NCBI GenBank assembly: GCA_963669175.1
Contig: OY769902.1
Location: 1,952,001-2,016,000 of the forward strand
Reading direction: 5' to 3'
DNA length: 64,000 nt
From: a bacterium
GTDB taxonomy: Bacteria; Electryoneota; Electryoneia; Electryoneales; Electryoneaceae
Positions within the stretch are counted from its first letter, which is position 1, and each line of letters begins with the position of its first letter. Position numbers and translations under genes: made by a program. The notes beneath the pieces are model-generated. The model was not told the DNA's origin, ran no database searches, and was given only the letters and a program-made list of their open reading frames with translations. Of this stretch, positions 1 through 9,943 are shown one piece after another.

Positions 1-59
1 GACCAGTATCGCATACTCTGATTATCTCTGAAAAGGAAAAGCTTGGATTAACTCGAGAG

Positions 60-106
60 AATATTATCCGGGTAATATTGACTCACGTGAAAATACTGTC
101 TATACT
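60..106 (+). promoter_or_regulatory. sigma70-type promoter with an overlapping palindromic operator candidate
   Basis: TTGACT (78-83), 17-bp spacer, TATACT (101-106). Imperfect palindrome AATATTATCCGGGTAATATT (60-79) abuts the -35 box. Confidence 0.6.
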
Positions 107-141
107 GGTATGAGGAAAATATACGGGATATAAACACGAGA

Positions 142-777
142 TTGGAGAACAAGGTGGAGACGAACAGATATACCGCTTTTTCCGGGACAGTTCTGCTTAA
201 ACGTGGCAAAGTTGAGGATGTGGTCCGTGAGGTAAAGCAGCAGCTTGATCAGGATCGTAATCAAAGTATTGCGATCTACGATGATGCGACCGGGTACAGG
301 ATTGACTTTGATTTCAGGGGGACAGTTGAGGATGTGTTGAAGCGTCTCCCGGATCATCCGTTGCTGGCCGCTCAAAAACCGTCACAGGAAACCACGAAAT
401 CACGTGGTCGTCCCAAGCTGGGAGTGGTGGCGGGAGAAGTAACCCTGTTGCCACGTCACTGGGACTGGCTGAAGGAACAGCGTGGCGGGGCGTCGGCAAC
501 ATTGCGAAAACTGGTGGAACAAGCCCGGAAACGTAGTCAGAGTGATGCGATTGCAGTGAAAAGCCGTGATGCGTTGCATCGTTTCATGTGGGATATTGCG
601 GGCAACCTGGATGGTTTCGAGGAAGCGACACGATCCTTCTTCGCGGGTGAATACAACCGTTTTCTTGAACAGATTCAAAACTGGCCTTCAGATATACTGG
701 ATTATGTCAGGGAACGGGTTTCTCATATTCAGGACCTGGAAAAAATCGCTGCTGAAGTGAAGAAGGAACAGGAGTAG
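142..777 (+). CDS. DUF2239 family protein
   Basis: Family signature RGRPKLGVVAGEVTLLPRHWDWL..QRGGASATLRKLV; TTG start. Confidence 0.85.
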   Translation: MENKVETNRYTAFSGTVLLKRGKVEDVVREVKQQLDQDRNQSIAIYDDATGYRIDFDFRGTVEDVLKRLPDHPLLAAQKPSQETTKSRGRPKLGVVAGEVTLLPRHWDWLKEQRGGASATLRKLVEQARKRSQSDAIAVKSRDALHRFMWDIAGNLDGFEEATRSFFAGEYNRFLEQIQNWPSDILDYVRERVSHIQDLEKIAAEVKKEQE

Positions 778-842
778 CAACGATCTTTCCTGATCATATA
801 GCAGGTTGCATAAATAATGTCCCATGGAATAGAATATCTGCG

Positions 843-868
843 AGATCCCCGTTCGAGCCGGGGATGAC
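843..868. repeat. REP-like palindrome (GAGATCCCC...GGGGATGAC class)
   Basis: GAGATCCCCGTTCGAGCCGGGGATGAC; related copies at about 3137, 3259, 5217, 5412, 15043, 30421 and 56235. Confidence 0.7.
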
Positions 869-1091
869 ATGATGGGACATTATTTTAAGTAACACCATAA
901 ATCACCTCATCGGGAACATTTCGAGTGCTGATGCATACAGCAGATAGCCCCTCGTCGGTGCAAATACCACGAGGGGAAATCTTGCAAATGAAAGTTAGGT
1001 TAATCTATCTTTGTGCTATTGTGTTGCAGTTTGCTTGACCATTCAGTCAGAACGATCACTTGGTCCTTTACCGGGCCGGAAAAGAAGTGTC

Positions 1092-2399
1092 ATGGTTGAA
1101 ACGATAAAGAACACCTTCATTGAAAGCTGGCAGGTAACCGGGCAGATGGCGCCGTACCTGTTGTTCGGTTTCCTGGTTGCGGGTGTGTTGTCGGTCTGGC
1201 TGTCACCTGCATGGCTGGAGAAACATCTTGGCGGAAAGGGGATTGGTTCGATTCTCAAGGCGTCGCTGTTTGGGGTGCCGTTGCCGTTATGTTCCTGCGG
1301 GGTGATTCCGGTTGCGGCATCGATACGCAGGCATGGCGCCAGCAGGGCATCTACGGCTTCCTTTCTGTTGTCCACACCGCAAACCGGTGTTGACAGCATT
1401 CTGATCACCTATGCCATGCTGGGGCCATTCTTCGCCATATTTCGTCCGGTAGCAGCCTTGATTACCGGCATACTGGGCGGCAGCCTGATCAGCATGTTCG
1501 GAGAAAAGGACACACAGAAGCAGGTTACAACATCCGGTCACCAGGAAGATGCAGGTTGCACGGATGGTTGTTGTACCCCTTCCCAATCGGAAAAGAAGAA
1601 GCACCCGGTTGGACGGGCGTTGAAATATGGTCTTCTCACGTTGCCTGGTGACATCGGTGGGACGTTGGCAATCGGGATTCTGATCGCTGGTTTGATCGGC
1701 GCATTGATTCCCCAGGGGCAGTTGGCATCGTTGCTCGGTAGTGGAATACTGGCTATCCTGATCATGATGGCGGCCGGTGTTCCGGTATATGTTTGCGCTA
1801 CGGCATCGGTTCCGATTGCGGCAGGATTTATTCATATGGGGGCGTCACCGGGAGCGGCATTGGCGTTTCTCATTGCCGGTCCGGCTACCAACGCGGCGGC
1901 GTTTACCACGATGTTGAAGGTGCTGGGCAAGCGTTCTGCCGTTATTTACCTGTTGGTTGTGGCAGTCGCAGCGTTTGGACTTGGGGTGCTTCTCGACTGG
2001 CTGATGCCGTTGGTGGTCAACAGTGTACCGGCCATGGATCACAGTGTTCATGACCATGAAATGGTGACCTGGTTCAATCACGTGATGGCGGCCGTTTTAC
2101 TGCTGGTCGTCGGCTTCTCGGTATGGAAGAAGAAACGTCCGAAGAAACACAACCTGGATACAAACGTGGAGATTGATATGCCTGAGAACAGGAACGAAGT
2201 AAACCTGAAAGTGACGGGGATGAATTGCAGTCATTGCTCTGCCAGCGTGCAACGTACCCTGAGTGAGGCGAAGGGTGTCAGCATGGCGGAAGTCGACCTG
2301 GCCGGGCAGACCGCGCATGTTACCGGCAACGGGTTTGATGTGGAAGCGTTGACTGAAGCGGTTAAACAGCTCGGGTATGGGGTGGAGGTGATGAAGTAG
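1092..2399 (+). CDS. SO_0444/ArsP-type permease (putative Cu/Zn efflux) with C-terminal HMA domain
   Basis: GVPLPLCSCGVIP and YVCATASVPIA motifs, multiple TM segments, C-terminal GMNCSHC heavy-metal-binding motif. ATG at 1092 preferred over the ORF start at 1011. Confidence 0.85.
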   Translation: MVETIKNTFIESWQVTGQMAPYLLFGFLVAGVLSVWLSPAWLEKHLGGKGIGSILKASLFGVPLPLCSCGVIPVAASIRRHGASRASTASFLLSTPQTGVDSILITYAMLGPFFAIFRPVAALITGILGGSLISMFGEKDTQKQVTTSGHQEDAGCTDGCCTPSQSEKKKHPVGRALKYGLLTLPGDIGGTLAIGILIAGLIGALIPQGQLASLLGSGILAILIMMAAGVPVYVCATASVPIAAGFIHMGASPGAALAFLIAGPATNAAAFTTMLKVLGKRSAVIYLLVVAVAAFGLGVLLDWLMPLVVNSVPAMDHSVHDHEMVTWFNHVMAAVLLLVVGFSVWKKKRPKKHNLDTNVEIDMPENRNEVNLKVTGMNCSHCSASVQRTLSEAKGVSMAEVDLAGQTAHVTGNGFDVEALTEAVKQLGYGVEVMK

Positions 2400-2427
2400 C
2401 GCAGCAAGAAGGCTTGATCACGACTCA

Positions 2428-2512
2428 CAGGATAGTAGGATAAATGGATATCAAGGATGAGGTACTGTTGAATTTACAGGATGGGAAGGATGATAAGGAT
2501 ATTCAGGATAAC
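2428..2512 (+). repeat. short imperfect AGGAT repeat arrays with ~9-bp period
   Basis: caggatagtaggataaatggatatcaaggat ... caggatgggaaggatgataaggatattcaggat. Confidence 0.55.
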
Positions 2513-2566
2513 AATTGAATTTTAAAAATAACAACCACATGTCAACAATGAAAGTACGATGACTAG

Positions 2567-2828
2567 TGGTCCATTGCACCTGATATGAGTTGTTCTGCTT
2601 GTTTTTGATGAGTCGAGTTCAAGACTGTTTCACGAAATCATAGTAGCGCTATTCTAAGTGAAACTAACGCAGAAATCGGCCATCAAAAACAAGCCCGAAG
2701 GGAGCGCGCGCTTTACCCCATGACTGCGTTGCTTTCCCTTGAAATAACCCGCTATGTCTGTGGTCAAGCGCCTTGTCCTGAGGTAAAGCGCGCAGCTCAG
2801 AAAACATCATAGCAGGTGTAATGGTCCA
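2567..2828. mobile_element. MITE with ~30-bp TIRs flanked by CTAG (IS630/IS701-like target)
   Basis: Left CTAG|TGGTCCATTGCACCTGATATGA, right TCATAGCAGGTGTAATGGTCCA|CTAG. Internal inverted repeats GCTTGTTTTTGATG/CATCAAAAACAAGC and GCGCGCTTTACC/GGTAAAGCGCGC. No transposase ORF. Confidence 0.75.
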
Positions 2829-3026
2829 CTAGGAGGACCAATAACAATGGAACTTTCCAACTTATCAACTTCCAAACATCACTGACACATGGCCAACCGG
2901 AACTGCAAATTGTCTTATTTTCCTTGCAAAGGCAAACATTCATGACAAAGATCAACAAACATGTCATCCCCAGCGAACCGTAGCGAAGCGAAGTTTGCTG
3001 GGTGCGAAGAACAGCCGTGAACAAAG

Positions 3027-3149
3027 CAGGCTGTGTCAAGATTACTGATGCTCTTATCCCAGCGAAGCAGACTGTCGCAGAATCACCGATGCTCTCATCC
3101 CAGCGAAGCAGGCTGTCGCAGAATCACCGATGCTCTCATCCCAGCGAAG
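3027..3149 (+). repeat. 3 x 41-bp tandem repeat (MITE left end plus half REP)
   Basis: Unit CAGGCTGTCGCAGAATCACCGATGCTCTCATCCCAGCGAAG at 3027 (diverged), 3068 and 3109. Confidence 0.85.
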
Positions 3150-3308
3150 GCTGGGATCCAGTCATGTTGCGATATTACAAGAGGTTAAGTATTCTCAAGA
3201 AGCGCGGTACATTACGAGCTGTTTGTGTGCGCAACTTGTAGTATTGTCGATACTTGCCTGGATCCCCATCTTCATGGGGATGAAAGTGTAGCTGATTCTG
3301 AAACACCC
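3111..3308. mobile_element. putative MITE with IS1182-like ends enclosing a REP doublet
   Basis: GGCTGTCGCAGAATCA ... TGATTCTGAAACACCC imperfect TIR. The interior is homologous to 55657-55689 plus 56160-56265. Confidence 0.5.
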
Positions 3309-3413
3309 AGCGCAGAGCCTGTCCCCGAAGGATGTTGTCGGGGACGGGGATCTACTCCTTTGGTCGCCTATCCAATCATTTAAAGAATGAAACACGAACG
3401 TATCAAAACCCAG

Positions 3414-4592
3414 CTATTTCCCAACTCCAAAATACTTTTCCATACGATCGAAGGCGAGGTTAATCATATCTTCCGGCACACAGAACGACATGCGAAGGTG
3501 ACCTTCAGCCGTGGGACCGAAATCAGCGCCAGGTGTGGTGGAGACTTTGGCTTCAGTCAGCAGTTTCTTGCAGAATGTGGCGGAATCACGTCCCTCGTCG
3601 AGCAAAATCCGGGGGAACATGAGATAGGAGCCCTTTGGCTTCTGATAGCTGAACACCGAGTCCAGACGATCCAACCGTTCGCACATCAGGTCTCGTGTAG
3701 CCTGATACTTCACCCGGTATTCTTCGATGCAGTCCTGCGGTCCTTTCAAGGCTGCAATCGCTCCATACTGGGACGCGACAGGGGCACAAATCGCAAAGCA
3801 GATATGGCCTTTCCCGATATGGGGAATCCATTTCTCGGAGGCATGAACATAGCCGATACGCCAGCCGGTCATGGCATAGTTTTTCGTGAAAGTGAAACAA
3901 CTGATGACCTGGTCATGGACCTCCGGAATGGAAGCGATGGCAAAATGTTCTGTGTCATCAAAAGTGAAATACTCATAGGCTTCATCGGTAATGATGGTAA
4001 TCCCTGTATCACGCGCTATTCTTGCCAGCGTTGTCAGTTCTTCTTTGCTGAACACGGTTCCTGTCGGATTGGAGGGCGAACAGTAAAGAATAGCTTTTGT
4101 TTTCGTGGTGATCGCCTTCTCAATGCCCTTGAGATCGAGACGATAACCCTCATTCTCGATAGTGGGCACAAAAACCGGTATACCCGAGGCCATTTTCACC
4201 TGGTTGATATGGGTGGAGTAGGTCGGCGAAGGCAGGATGACCTCGTCACCCGGATCGATAGCGGCCATGAGCGCTGCCGACAAGCCTTCAATCGCACCAA
4301 CCGTAACAATGATCTGGTCAGGATTGGCGTCAATGTTATTGTCACGTTTCAACTTCTTGACAATCTCTTCTCGTAATTCAAGAAGCCCCTTGGTTTCCGA
4401 ATAGCCGTCCCCTTTGCCCTGCAAAACGGCATCCGCTACGGCCTTGTGAATATGGTCCGGCGCTAAGGCAGTCGGTTTGGCCCATGAAAGGAAAGCGACA
4501 TCGTCGATGCCTTTTGCCAAAGCAGTCATGGCGTGGATTGCAGATGGTGGAATTCCGGTGACCCTTTTGGAAAGCTTTACTATACCTGACAC
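3414..4592 (-). CDS. PLP-dependent aminotransferase class I/II (AspC-like)
   Basis: SPSNPTG, DEAY and TFTKNYAMTGWRIGY (PLP lysine) motifs; GTG start with GGAGGAG RBS. Confidence 0.93.
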   Translation of the reverse strand: MSGIVKLSKRVTGIPPSAIHAMTALAKGIDDVAFLSWAKPTALAPDHIHKAVADAVLQGKGDGYSETKGLLELREEIVKKLKRDNNIDANPDQIIVTVGAIEGLSAALMAAIDPGDEVILPSPTYSTHINQVKMASGIPVFVPTIENEGYRLDLKGIEKAITTKTKAILYCSPSNPTGTVFSKEELTTLARIARDTGITIITDEAYEYFTFDDTEHFAIASIPEVHDQVISCFTFTKNYAMTGWRIGYVHASEKWIPHIGKGHICFAICAPVASQYGAIAALKGPQDCIEEYRVKYQATRDLMCERLDRLDSVFSYQKPKGSYLMFPRILLDEGRDSATFCKKLLTEAKVSTTPGADFGPTAEGHLRMSFCVPEDMINLAFDRMEKYFGVGK

Positions 4593-4897
4593 GATTTCTC
4601 CTCCCGGTAGAAGCTGGCAAATAGTGATTAGCGTATGCTAATAACCAATATAGTAAATTCAAGACGTCGGGCGGGAATGTTGCTCTGTGGGGAAGGGGAT
4701 GGAGATGGTAGTTCGGTGGAATATAGTAATCCCAACAAATATTGCATCCTGTTTTGCAGGGTGTCGCGTAGTAACCATTCGAATAGTCGTTTCCGAAAGT
4801 CCCTGCTGTTTTATTTTGATCGTAAGATTTCAATGGAGCAAGTATTTGTCATGACGAAACTTTTCCCATAGAGGGGTATTTCATGGATTTACATCAT

Positions 4898-4960
4898 TGT
4901 ATATCTGCCATGTATATCTGCTATGTATATCTGCTATGTATCTGCCTTGTATATCTGCAA
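4898..4960 (+). repeat. 13-bp tandem repeat, 5 copies
   Basis: TGTATATCTGC(C/T/A)A x5, one copy shortened to 11 bp. Confidence 0.85.
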
Positions 4961-4972
4961 TTTGATAATTTT

Positions 4973-5175
4973 AGCAGGCTTTAGCCTGCTCTTCTTAGCA
5001 CCCGGCTTCAGCCGGGGTGAAAAGACGCCAACAATCATCCCGAGCGCGCTTTAGCGTGCTTGCCTGATACCAATCCTAATTCCGGAAAGCACCCTGAAGG
5101 GCGCTCTCCACTTCTTTATCATCACGAACACTCCGGCTGAAGCCGGGTGCTAAGAAGAGCCTGCTGAAGCAGGCT
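4973..5175. repeat. REP cluster forming a long inverted doublet (GGCTTTAGCC/GGCTGAAGCC class)
   Basis: AGCAGGCTTTAGCCTGCT...CACCCGGCTTCAGCCGG mirrored by CCGGCTGAAGCCGGGTGCTAAGAAGAGCCTGCTGAAGCAGGCT; three hairpins per arm. Confidence 0.8.
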
Positions 5176-5519
5176 GATAACTACCAAAGTTATACTTGAA
5201 ATAAATGTCGCATCATGTCATCCCCGAGCTTGACCTGTCTCTGAGCTTGACCGGGGATCTCGAAGTTTTGCTTTCCTATATAACATTATTTATACAACCG
5301 AGTATATTAATACAACCCACTATAAAATCAGCAAAAACATTCGGGAACTCCTAAGGTACTGTCGTTGAAAAATGAAGATGATGCATTATTTCCGAGCATC
5401 ACTTAACAGGTGAGATCCCCGTCGCAGATTCATTGTTCTTGGGAAAACATGGCCAAAACAACAACCCCGCCGGGCAAGGGAATCATGGTCGACGGGGAAA
5501 GCGAAATAATCGAAAGGTA

Positions 5520-5864
5520 TTACGGCTTCACGACATGGTCCGCTTCCAGCAGGGTGCGGGTGATGTCAAACATGTTGGATTCAATGCCCACTTGCCGCTT
5601 GTTCTTCAGCTCGAAGAAGTTCAGGCATGTTCCGCAGCAAAGGATCGTGACCCCGTGCTTCTCAAAATCTTTCAGGATGTCCAACACTTCTGAACCCTCA
5701 CAGGCCAGACGTACAGCGGTATTATACAGGATTATCGTTTTGGGTTTGGCATCTTCTTCGGGCAAGACGTTGAAGAAGGATGTCATCAGTTTTTTCCCGA
5801 GGGTATCGTCACCCTGTCCCATGCAATCGGATGTAACCTGAACTACGATGTTCTGCCTGCTCAT
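5520..5864 (-). CDS. YedF-like DsrE-domain sulfurtransferase-type protein
   Basis: MGQGDDTLGKKLM and CGTCLNFF motifs typical of the YedF C-terminal domain; no N-terminal TusA domain. Confidence 0.8.
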   Translation of the reverse strand: MSRQNIVVQVTSDCMGQGDDTLGKKLMTSFFNVLPEEDAKPKTIILYNTAVRLACEGSEVLDILKDFEKHGVTILCCGTCLNFFELKNKRQVGIESNMFDITRTLLEADHVVKP

Positions 5865-5886
5865 GGGTCTCCTCGTTGTTTAGAAT

Positions 5887-7158
5887 CTATGAAAAATAAC
5901 GCTTCAACTTCTGAATGGACTGAGAAGGGCCTTCCAGAATCAGTTTCACCTTGCCTTCATCCCAGGCTTTGTCCAGAACTTTAATCTCACCGTTCATATG
6001 ATCCAGCATGGTCAAACGTGCCGGTTCAACCCTGATTTCAAGCCTCTCGATCTGGGTGTCGAGCATTTTTTCAAGGCGTTGCTTCAGGTCGTCAACACGC
6101 AGTCCTCGTGTAGCCGAAATGAACAGTGCGCCGGGATGATCCTGCTGCATCCTCGTCAATACGCCCGGACTATCCAGGCGGTCGATCTTGTTGAAGACCA
6201 GCAACTGGGGTTTGTCTTTTATCTCGAGGTCTTCCAGCACCTTCTCAGTCTGCGCCATCTGTTCATCAAGCTGCGGGTGGGAGATATCCACAACATGCAC
6301 GATCAGATCAGCCGTGATCGCTTCTTCAAGGGTTGATCTGAAGGAGGCTACGAGATGATGCGGCAGCTTGCGAATAAAGCCAACCGTATCAATGACCAGT
6401 ACAGGGTTATTCGGACTGGTTTCCACACGCCTGATCTTGGGGTCCAGAGTGGCGAACAGGCGGTCTTCGACAAAGGCGTCCTGTTTATCCGACAAAGCAT
6501 TGAGCAGGGTGGATTTGCCCACATTGGTGTAACCGACCAGGGCTACAGTCGGCACATGCTGACGTCCTTCTCGTCGGGTTTTTCGCTGACGTGCTATAAT
6601 GTCCAGCTCTTTTTTGAGCTGGGTGATACGACGCTGCACGACACGACGGTCGACTTCGAGCTGGGTCTCACCCGGTCCACGGAAGCCCACACCACCCTGC
6701 TGGCCACGCAAGTGCGACCACATTTTGGTCAGACGGGGGTAGTAGTATTGCATCTGGGCCAGTTCAACCTGAACCTTGGCCTCACGTGTGCGGGCGCGTG
6801 TTGCGAAAATATCCAGGATCAGGCCGCTACGGTCCAGCACCTTGACATTCAGCTTCTTCTCAAGGTTACGAACCTGGACCGGGGATAAATCGTCATCGAA
6901 AATGACGAGGTTGGCGTCATATTCACGGCAGAGCTTTTGAACATCGGATACTTTCCCGGCTCCGATGAAATAGGCAGAATCCGGCTTCATACGGCGTTGC
7001 ACAACACGTTCCATCACTTCAGCGCCAGCCGTGTCGCTCAACGCTTCCAGTTCGTCCAGGTGATCATCCACCGTCCATTGGGATACTCCCGCCAGGATGA
7101 CGCCTACCAGGATGGCCCGTTCCTGCATTTCAGGATTTATGACTTGTTCTGTTGCCAT
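5887..7158 (-). CDS. hflX: ribosome-splitting GTPase HflX
   Basis: GPGETQLEVDRR, GYTNVGKS, LFATLD, DTVGFI and NKID motifs; start moved to MATEQ. Confidence 0.97.
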   Translation of the reverse strand: MATEQVINPEMQERAILVGVILAGVSQWTVDDHLDELEALSDTAGAEVMERVVQRRMKPDSAYFIGAGKVSDVQKLCREYDANLVIFDDDLSPVQVRNLEKKLNVKVLDRSGLILDIFATRARTREAKVQVELAQMQYYYPRLTKMWSHLRGQQGGVGFRGPGETQLEVDRRVVQRRITQLKKELDIIARQRKTRREGRQHVPTVALVGYTNVGKSTLLNALSDKQDAFVEDRLFATLDPKIRRVETSPNNPVLVIDTVGFIRKLPHHLVASFRSTLEEAITADLIVHVVDISHPQLDEQMAQTEKVLEDLEIKDKPQLLVFNKIDRLDSPGVLTRMQQDHPGALFISATRGLRVDDLKQRLEKMLDTQIERLEIRVEPARLTMLDHMNGEIKVLDKAWDEGKVKLILEGPSQSIQKLKRYFS

Positions 7159-7171
7159 CAATGTTCCACAA

Positions 7172-9238
7172 TCAGGATGTTTCTGTCTCTGCAGGTTGCC
7201 CCGGCTCCAGCCCCGGTTTGTTCTCACGGGCAACCAGTGTTTCCGCGATTAGTGCGGCCAGGGCAAGCGTTAAAAACCACCAACTTATTTCACGTCCATG
7301 TCTGTAATTGGACAACCATTCCACGACCTCTTCGGGCTCACCAGGGTTCATGCTGCCGGAAATGTGGTTGGCATACTGCTTCTGTTCAGGTTGAATCTCG
7401 CTCTCAGCCAGTACAGTTCTCACTGCCATCAGATCAAGCTCAGTCGATCCATGAACAAGACGGTACAAGCCCGGCCAGAAGGTCTGATCTGAGACAAGCA
7501 CTTCCAGATCTTCATGGAAACCGGGAACAGCAGGTTGACGGTTTCCCAGGGGATCAATTGTCTCCAACATGCCCGGATCAATACCCTCCGGTAAGGACCA
7601 GAATATCGGTTCTCCACAGGAAATCTGTTCCCGAATGCTGCCTTCTCCCGAGGCAAGATAGTGCATTCCCTGCTGCACAAGAGGGGCAAAGATACCGGAA
7701 AACGGCCAGTCTGTCCAACTGGTGTCCGCTGCCGATGGTGTCAGCCAGATTCGTCCGGTTCCAACCTCACGTTCCACAATGAAAGGCGCACCGGTTGTGA
7801 GGCGAACCAGAACCTGGTCATCATCTGACGGAACCTGCCTTGCATACCGTTTTACCGAAGGCTGGTCATACCGGCCTTTTCCCGCAATCAATCCCTGTAG
7901 CGCGGGATGTTTTGTGTCAATGCTTTCCCACATCCCGGACACGTTCTCATTGGTCGATACCAGGGGGCCGTAACCCAGCGCTTGCAGGATATCACGGTTG
8001 TAACTGGCGAGATCAACCTGGTTGCCAAGCAGCAGCCAGGCGCCGCCGCCATTTTCAAGGTATTGCAGAAGAACCTGTGTTTCAGCATTGGAGAATGCTG
8101 GCACTCCGGCGAACACAACGGCATCGTACCTGCCGAGATCCAAGCCCTGTAAACCACCTGGTTTGGTGGTTACCGCAAACCGTGATGCCTGTCCCTGAGG
8201 ATCAAGCGCCAGCTTGAAGAATCGCTGTGCCTGCTGGTCCGATCCCAAGACAAGCACCTGTTGTGTACCAGGCACTTGAAGCACAAAGGCCAGACGGTTA
8301 TCAAGGGACAGCGCGTCATCTACATCAATGTCGATTTCACCGGCTATAGCGCCTGTCTTGTTGGGCAGCAGGGTAAACCGTTTAGTGACCGTGCCTTCAA
8401 CGGGTACGGTTACTGTAGCTTCAGCCAGTTTTCTGCGGTCAAGGCTGATTGAAACCAGCACATCGTGCGCCGCATCGCCACCGGAGGATCCGATGGTGAC
8501 ATCCAGATCGATCGATTTTCCTTTGGAGCCTTCAGCATACGCCGGGTGAACTTCCTGTATGAAGAGATTGACCGCAGGACGTTGCGCAACGGGGACTTGG
8601 AGAACAGAAACACCGTCCGGAAGCGGAACCAGTGTATCCGGGCACTCATCGCAAAAGTCAGATATCCAGATCAGTTCTTTATTCGGTGAAGCTGTTTCTG
8701 TTAGCATTTTGCCTGCACGAATCCAGGAATCGGACAGGTCTGCGCTACGTCCGTCTGTTTCGAGCTGGCTAATCCAGCGTGGCTCGGTTTCTCGCCCTGT
8801 CATCCAGCCCAGGTCACGACTGCCGGTGCCATCTGCAATCACCAGGGCCAGTCTGCTGTTCTGCCCCGCCGCCTGGTGAATACCTTCCAGTGTTTTCCGT
8901 GCAAGGCTGATCGCGGAGCCGCCGGGACGTTTGGCGTTCATTGACGCTGACAGGTCGAGCAATACCACTGTGTCACGTCGGGTACCGGCGCTCCCGGATT
9001 TGGTTAATGCCGGACGCAAAAAGGCCAACGCCAGAAACAGGAGCGCCAGGGTTCTCAGGGCAAGGAGTAACCATTGACGTATTCGCAACTTCCGCATGCG
9101 TTTGACTTGCAAACGACGCAGAAATTCCAGTGTTGGGAACGGTTGACGTTTTAGCCGTCGTCGTCCCAGCAGGTGAATCAGAATGGGTAATCCTGCCAAC
9201 AACAAACCGGCAAGTAGTGCAGAGTTCAGAAAAGTCAT
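7172..9238 (-). CDS. BatA/VWA domain membrane protein
   Basis: N-terminal LPILIHLLGRRR..FPTLEFL (BatA), VWA DLSASM, GATase-like middle region, C-terminal TM ending ETLVA. Confidence 0.85.
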   Translation of the reverse strand: MTFLNSALLAGLLLAGLPILIHLLGRRRLKRQPFPTLEFLRRLQVKRMRKLRIRQWLLLALRTLALLFLALAFLRPALTKSGSAGTRRDTVVLLDLSASMNAKRPGGSAISLARKTLEGIHQAAGQNSRLALVIADGTGSRDLGWMTGRETEPRWISQLETDGRSADLSDSWIRAGKMLTETASPNKELIWISDFCDECPDTLVPLPDGVSVLQVPVAQRPAVNLFIQEVHPAYAEGSKGKSIDLDVTIGSSGGDAAHDVLVSISLDRRKLAEATVTVPVEGTVTKRFTLLPNKTGAIAGEIDIDVDDALSLDNRLAFVLQVPGTQQVLVLGSDQQAQRFFKLALDPQGQASRFAVTTKPGGLQGLDLGRYDAVVFAGVPAFSNAETQVLLQYLENGGGAWLLLGNQVDLASYNRDILQALGYGPLVSTNENVSGMWESIDTKHPALQGLIAGKGRYDQPSVKRYARQVPSDDDQVLVRLTTGAPFIVEREVGTGRIWLTPSAADTSWTDWPFSGIFAPLVQQGMHYLASGEGSIREQISCGEPIFWSLPEGIDPGMLETIDPLGNRQPAVPGFHEDLEVLVSDQTFWPGLYRLVHGSTELDLMAVRTVLAESEIQPEQKQYANHISGSMNPGEPEEVVEWLSNYRHGREISWWFLTLALAALIAETLVARENKPGLEPGQPAETETS

Positions 9239-9392
9239 GCAGTCCCGTTTGTTTGCCCTGTAAACGCCAATTGTACGACTGGCTCTTCGGCGCTGTTCCA
9301 AAGTACCGTTTCATTGTCAGTTCAGCAAGTTGAATTTTGCTTGCCGGGCTGTGAATGCCTATATTTGCGGGCACCAAACGGAGGCGATTGAG

Positions 9393-9887
9393 ATGAGACG
9401 CTGTACACCAGTATTGTGGGCGCTCGCTGCCCTGATGTTGCTGTCTTTACTGCCCGGATGCGGAAAGAAGAAGGACCGGCAGAATAAGCCGACAACTGTG
9501 AATCTTGTCAGTATTGTCGGAGTGCGTGGCGAGGAATACAACATCGTAGTCAGCGACCCGGAGAATACGCCTGCGGGTGAAGTGCAGGTGAGGGGCGACA
9601 GCGATATCATCAATGTGGGCGAGAAGCTTGAAATGGAAATGCCCAATCTACGTTCCTGTTTTCTCACCGAGAAACGTGAAAACCACGCATTAAGCGGGAT
9701 GGTTCATGTCAAATTCCGGATCAAAACGGATGGACGTGTTGTCAACCTGGAAGTCACCGGCAAAGACTGGAATAACCATGAACAGGGCATGAAAGTGGAG
9801 ATGTGTATCACACGGATCCTGGCGAAATGGAATTTCCCGCTGGGAAAGAAAGATGTTGAAAATGATTTCGTCCTCCACTTTCAGTAA
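9393..9887 (+). CDS. lipoprotein with AgmX/PglI-type (TonB-C-like) C-terminal domain
   Basis: Lipobox LPGC; LRSCF...LSGMVHVKFRIKTDGRV...VEMCITRILAKWNFP pattern. Confidence 0.7.
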   Translation: MRRCTPVLWALAALMLLSLLPGCGKKKDRQNKPTTVNLVSIVGVRGEEYNIVVSDPENTPAGEVQVRGDSDIINVGEKLEMEMPNLRSCFLTEKRENHALSGMVHVKFRIKTDGRVVNLEVTGKDWNNHEQGMKVEMCITRILAKWNFPLGKKDVENDFVLHFQ

Positions 9888-9909
9888 GCGAAAAAGATGT
9901 TTCCTCATC

Positions 9910-9943
9910 AAACTGATTCTCAAATCTGAGAGTCAGTTTTTTT
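9910..9943 (+). terminator. intrinsic terminator
   Basis: AAACTGATTCTCA-AATC-TGAGAGTCAGTTT followed by a T-tract. Confidence 0.7.

Noticed and set aside
3387-4376. Long antisense or overlapping ORFs (also 6937-7782, 23246-24373, 42305-43144, 49175-49891)
   Set aside because: They are shadows of well-supported genes on the opposite strand and contain no recognisable motifs.
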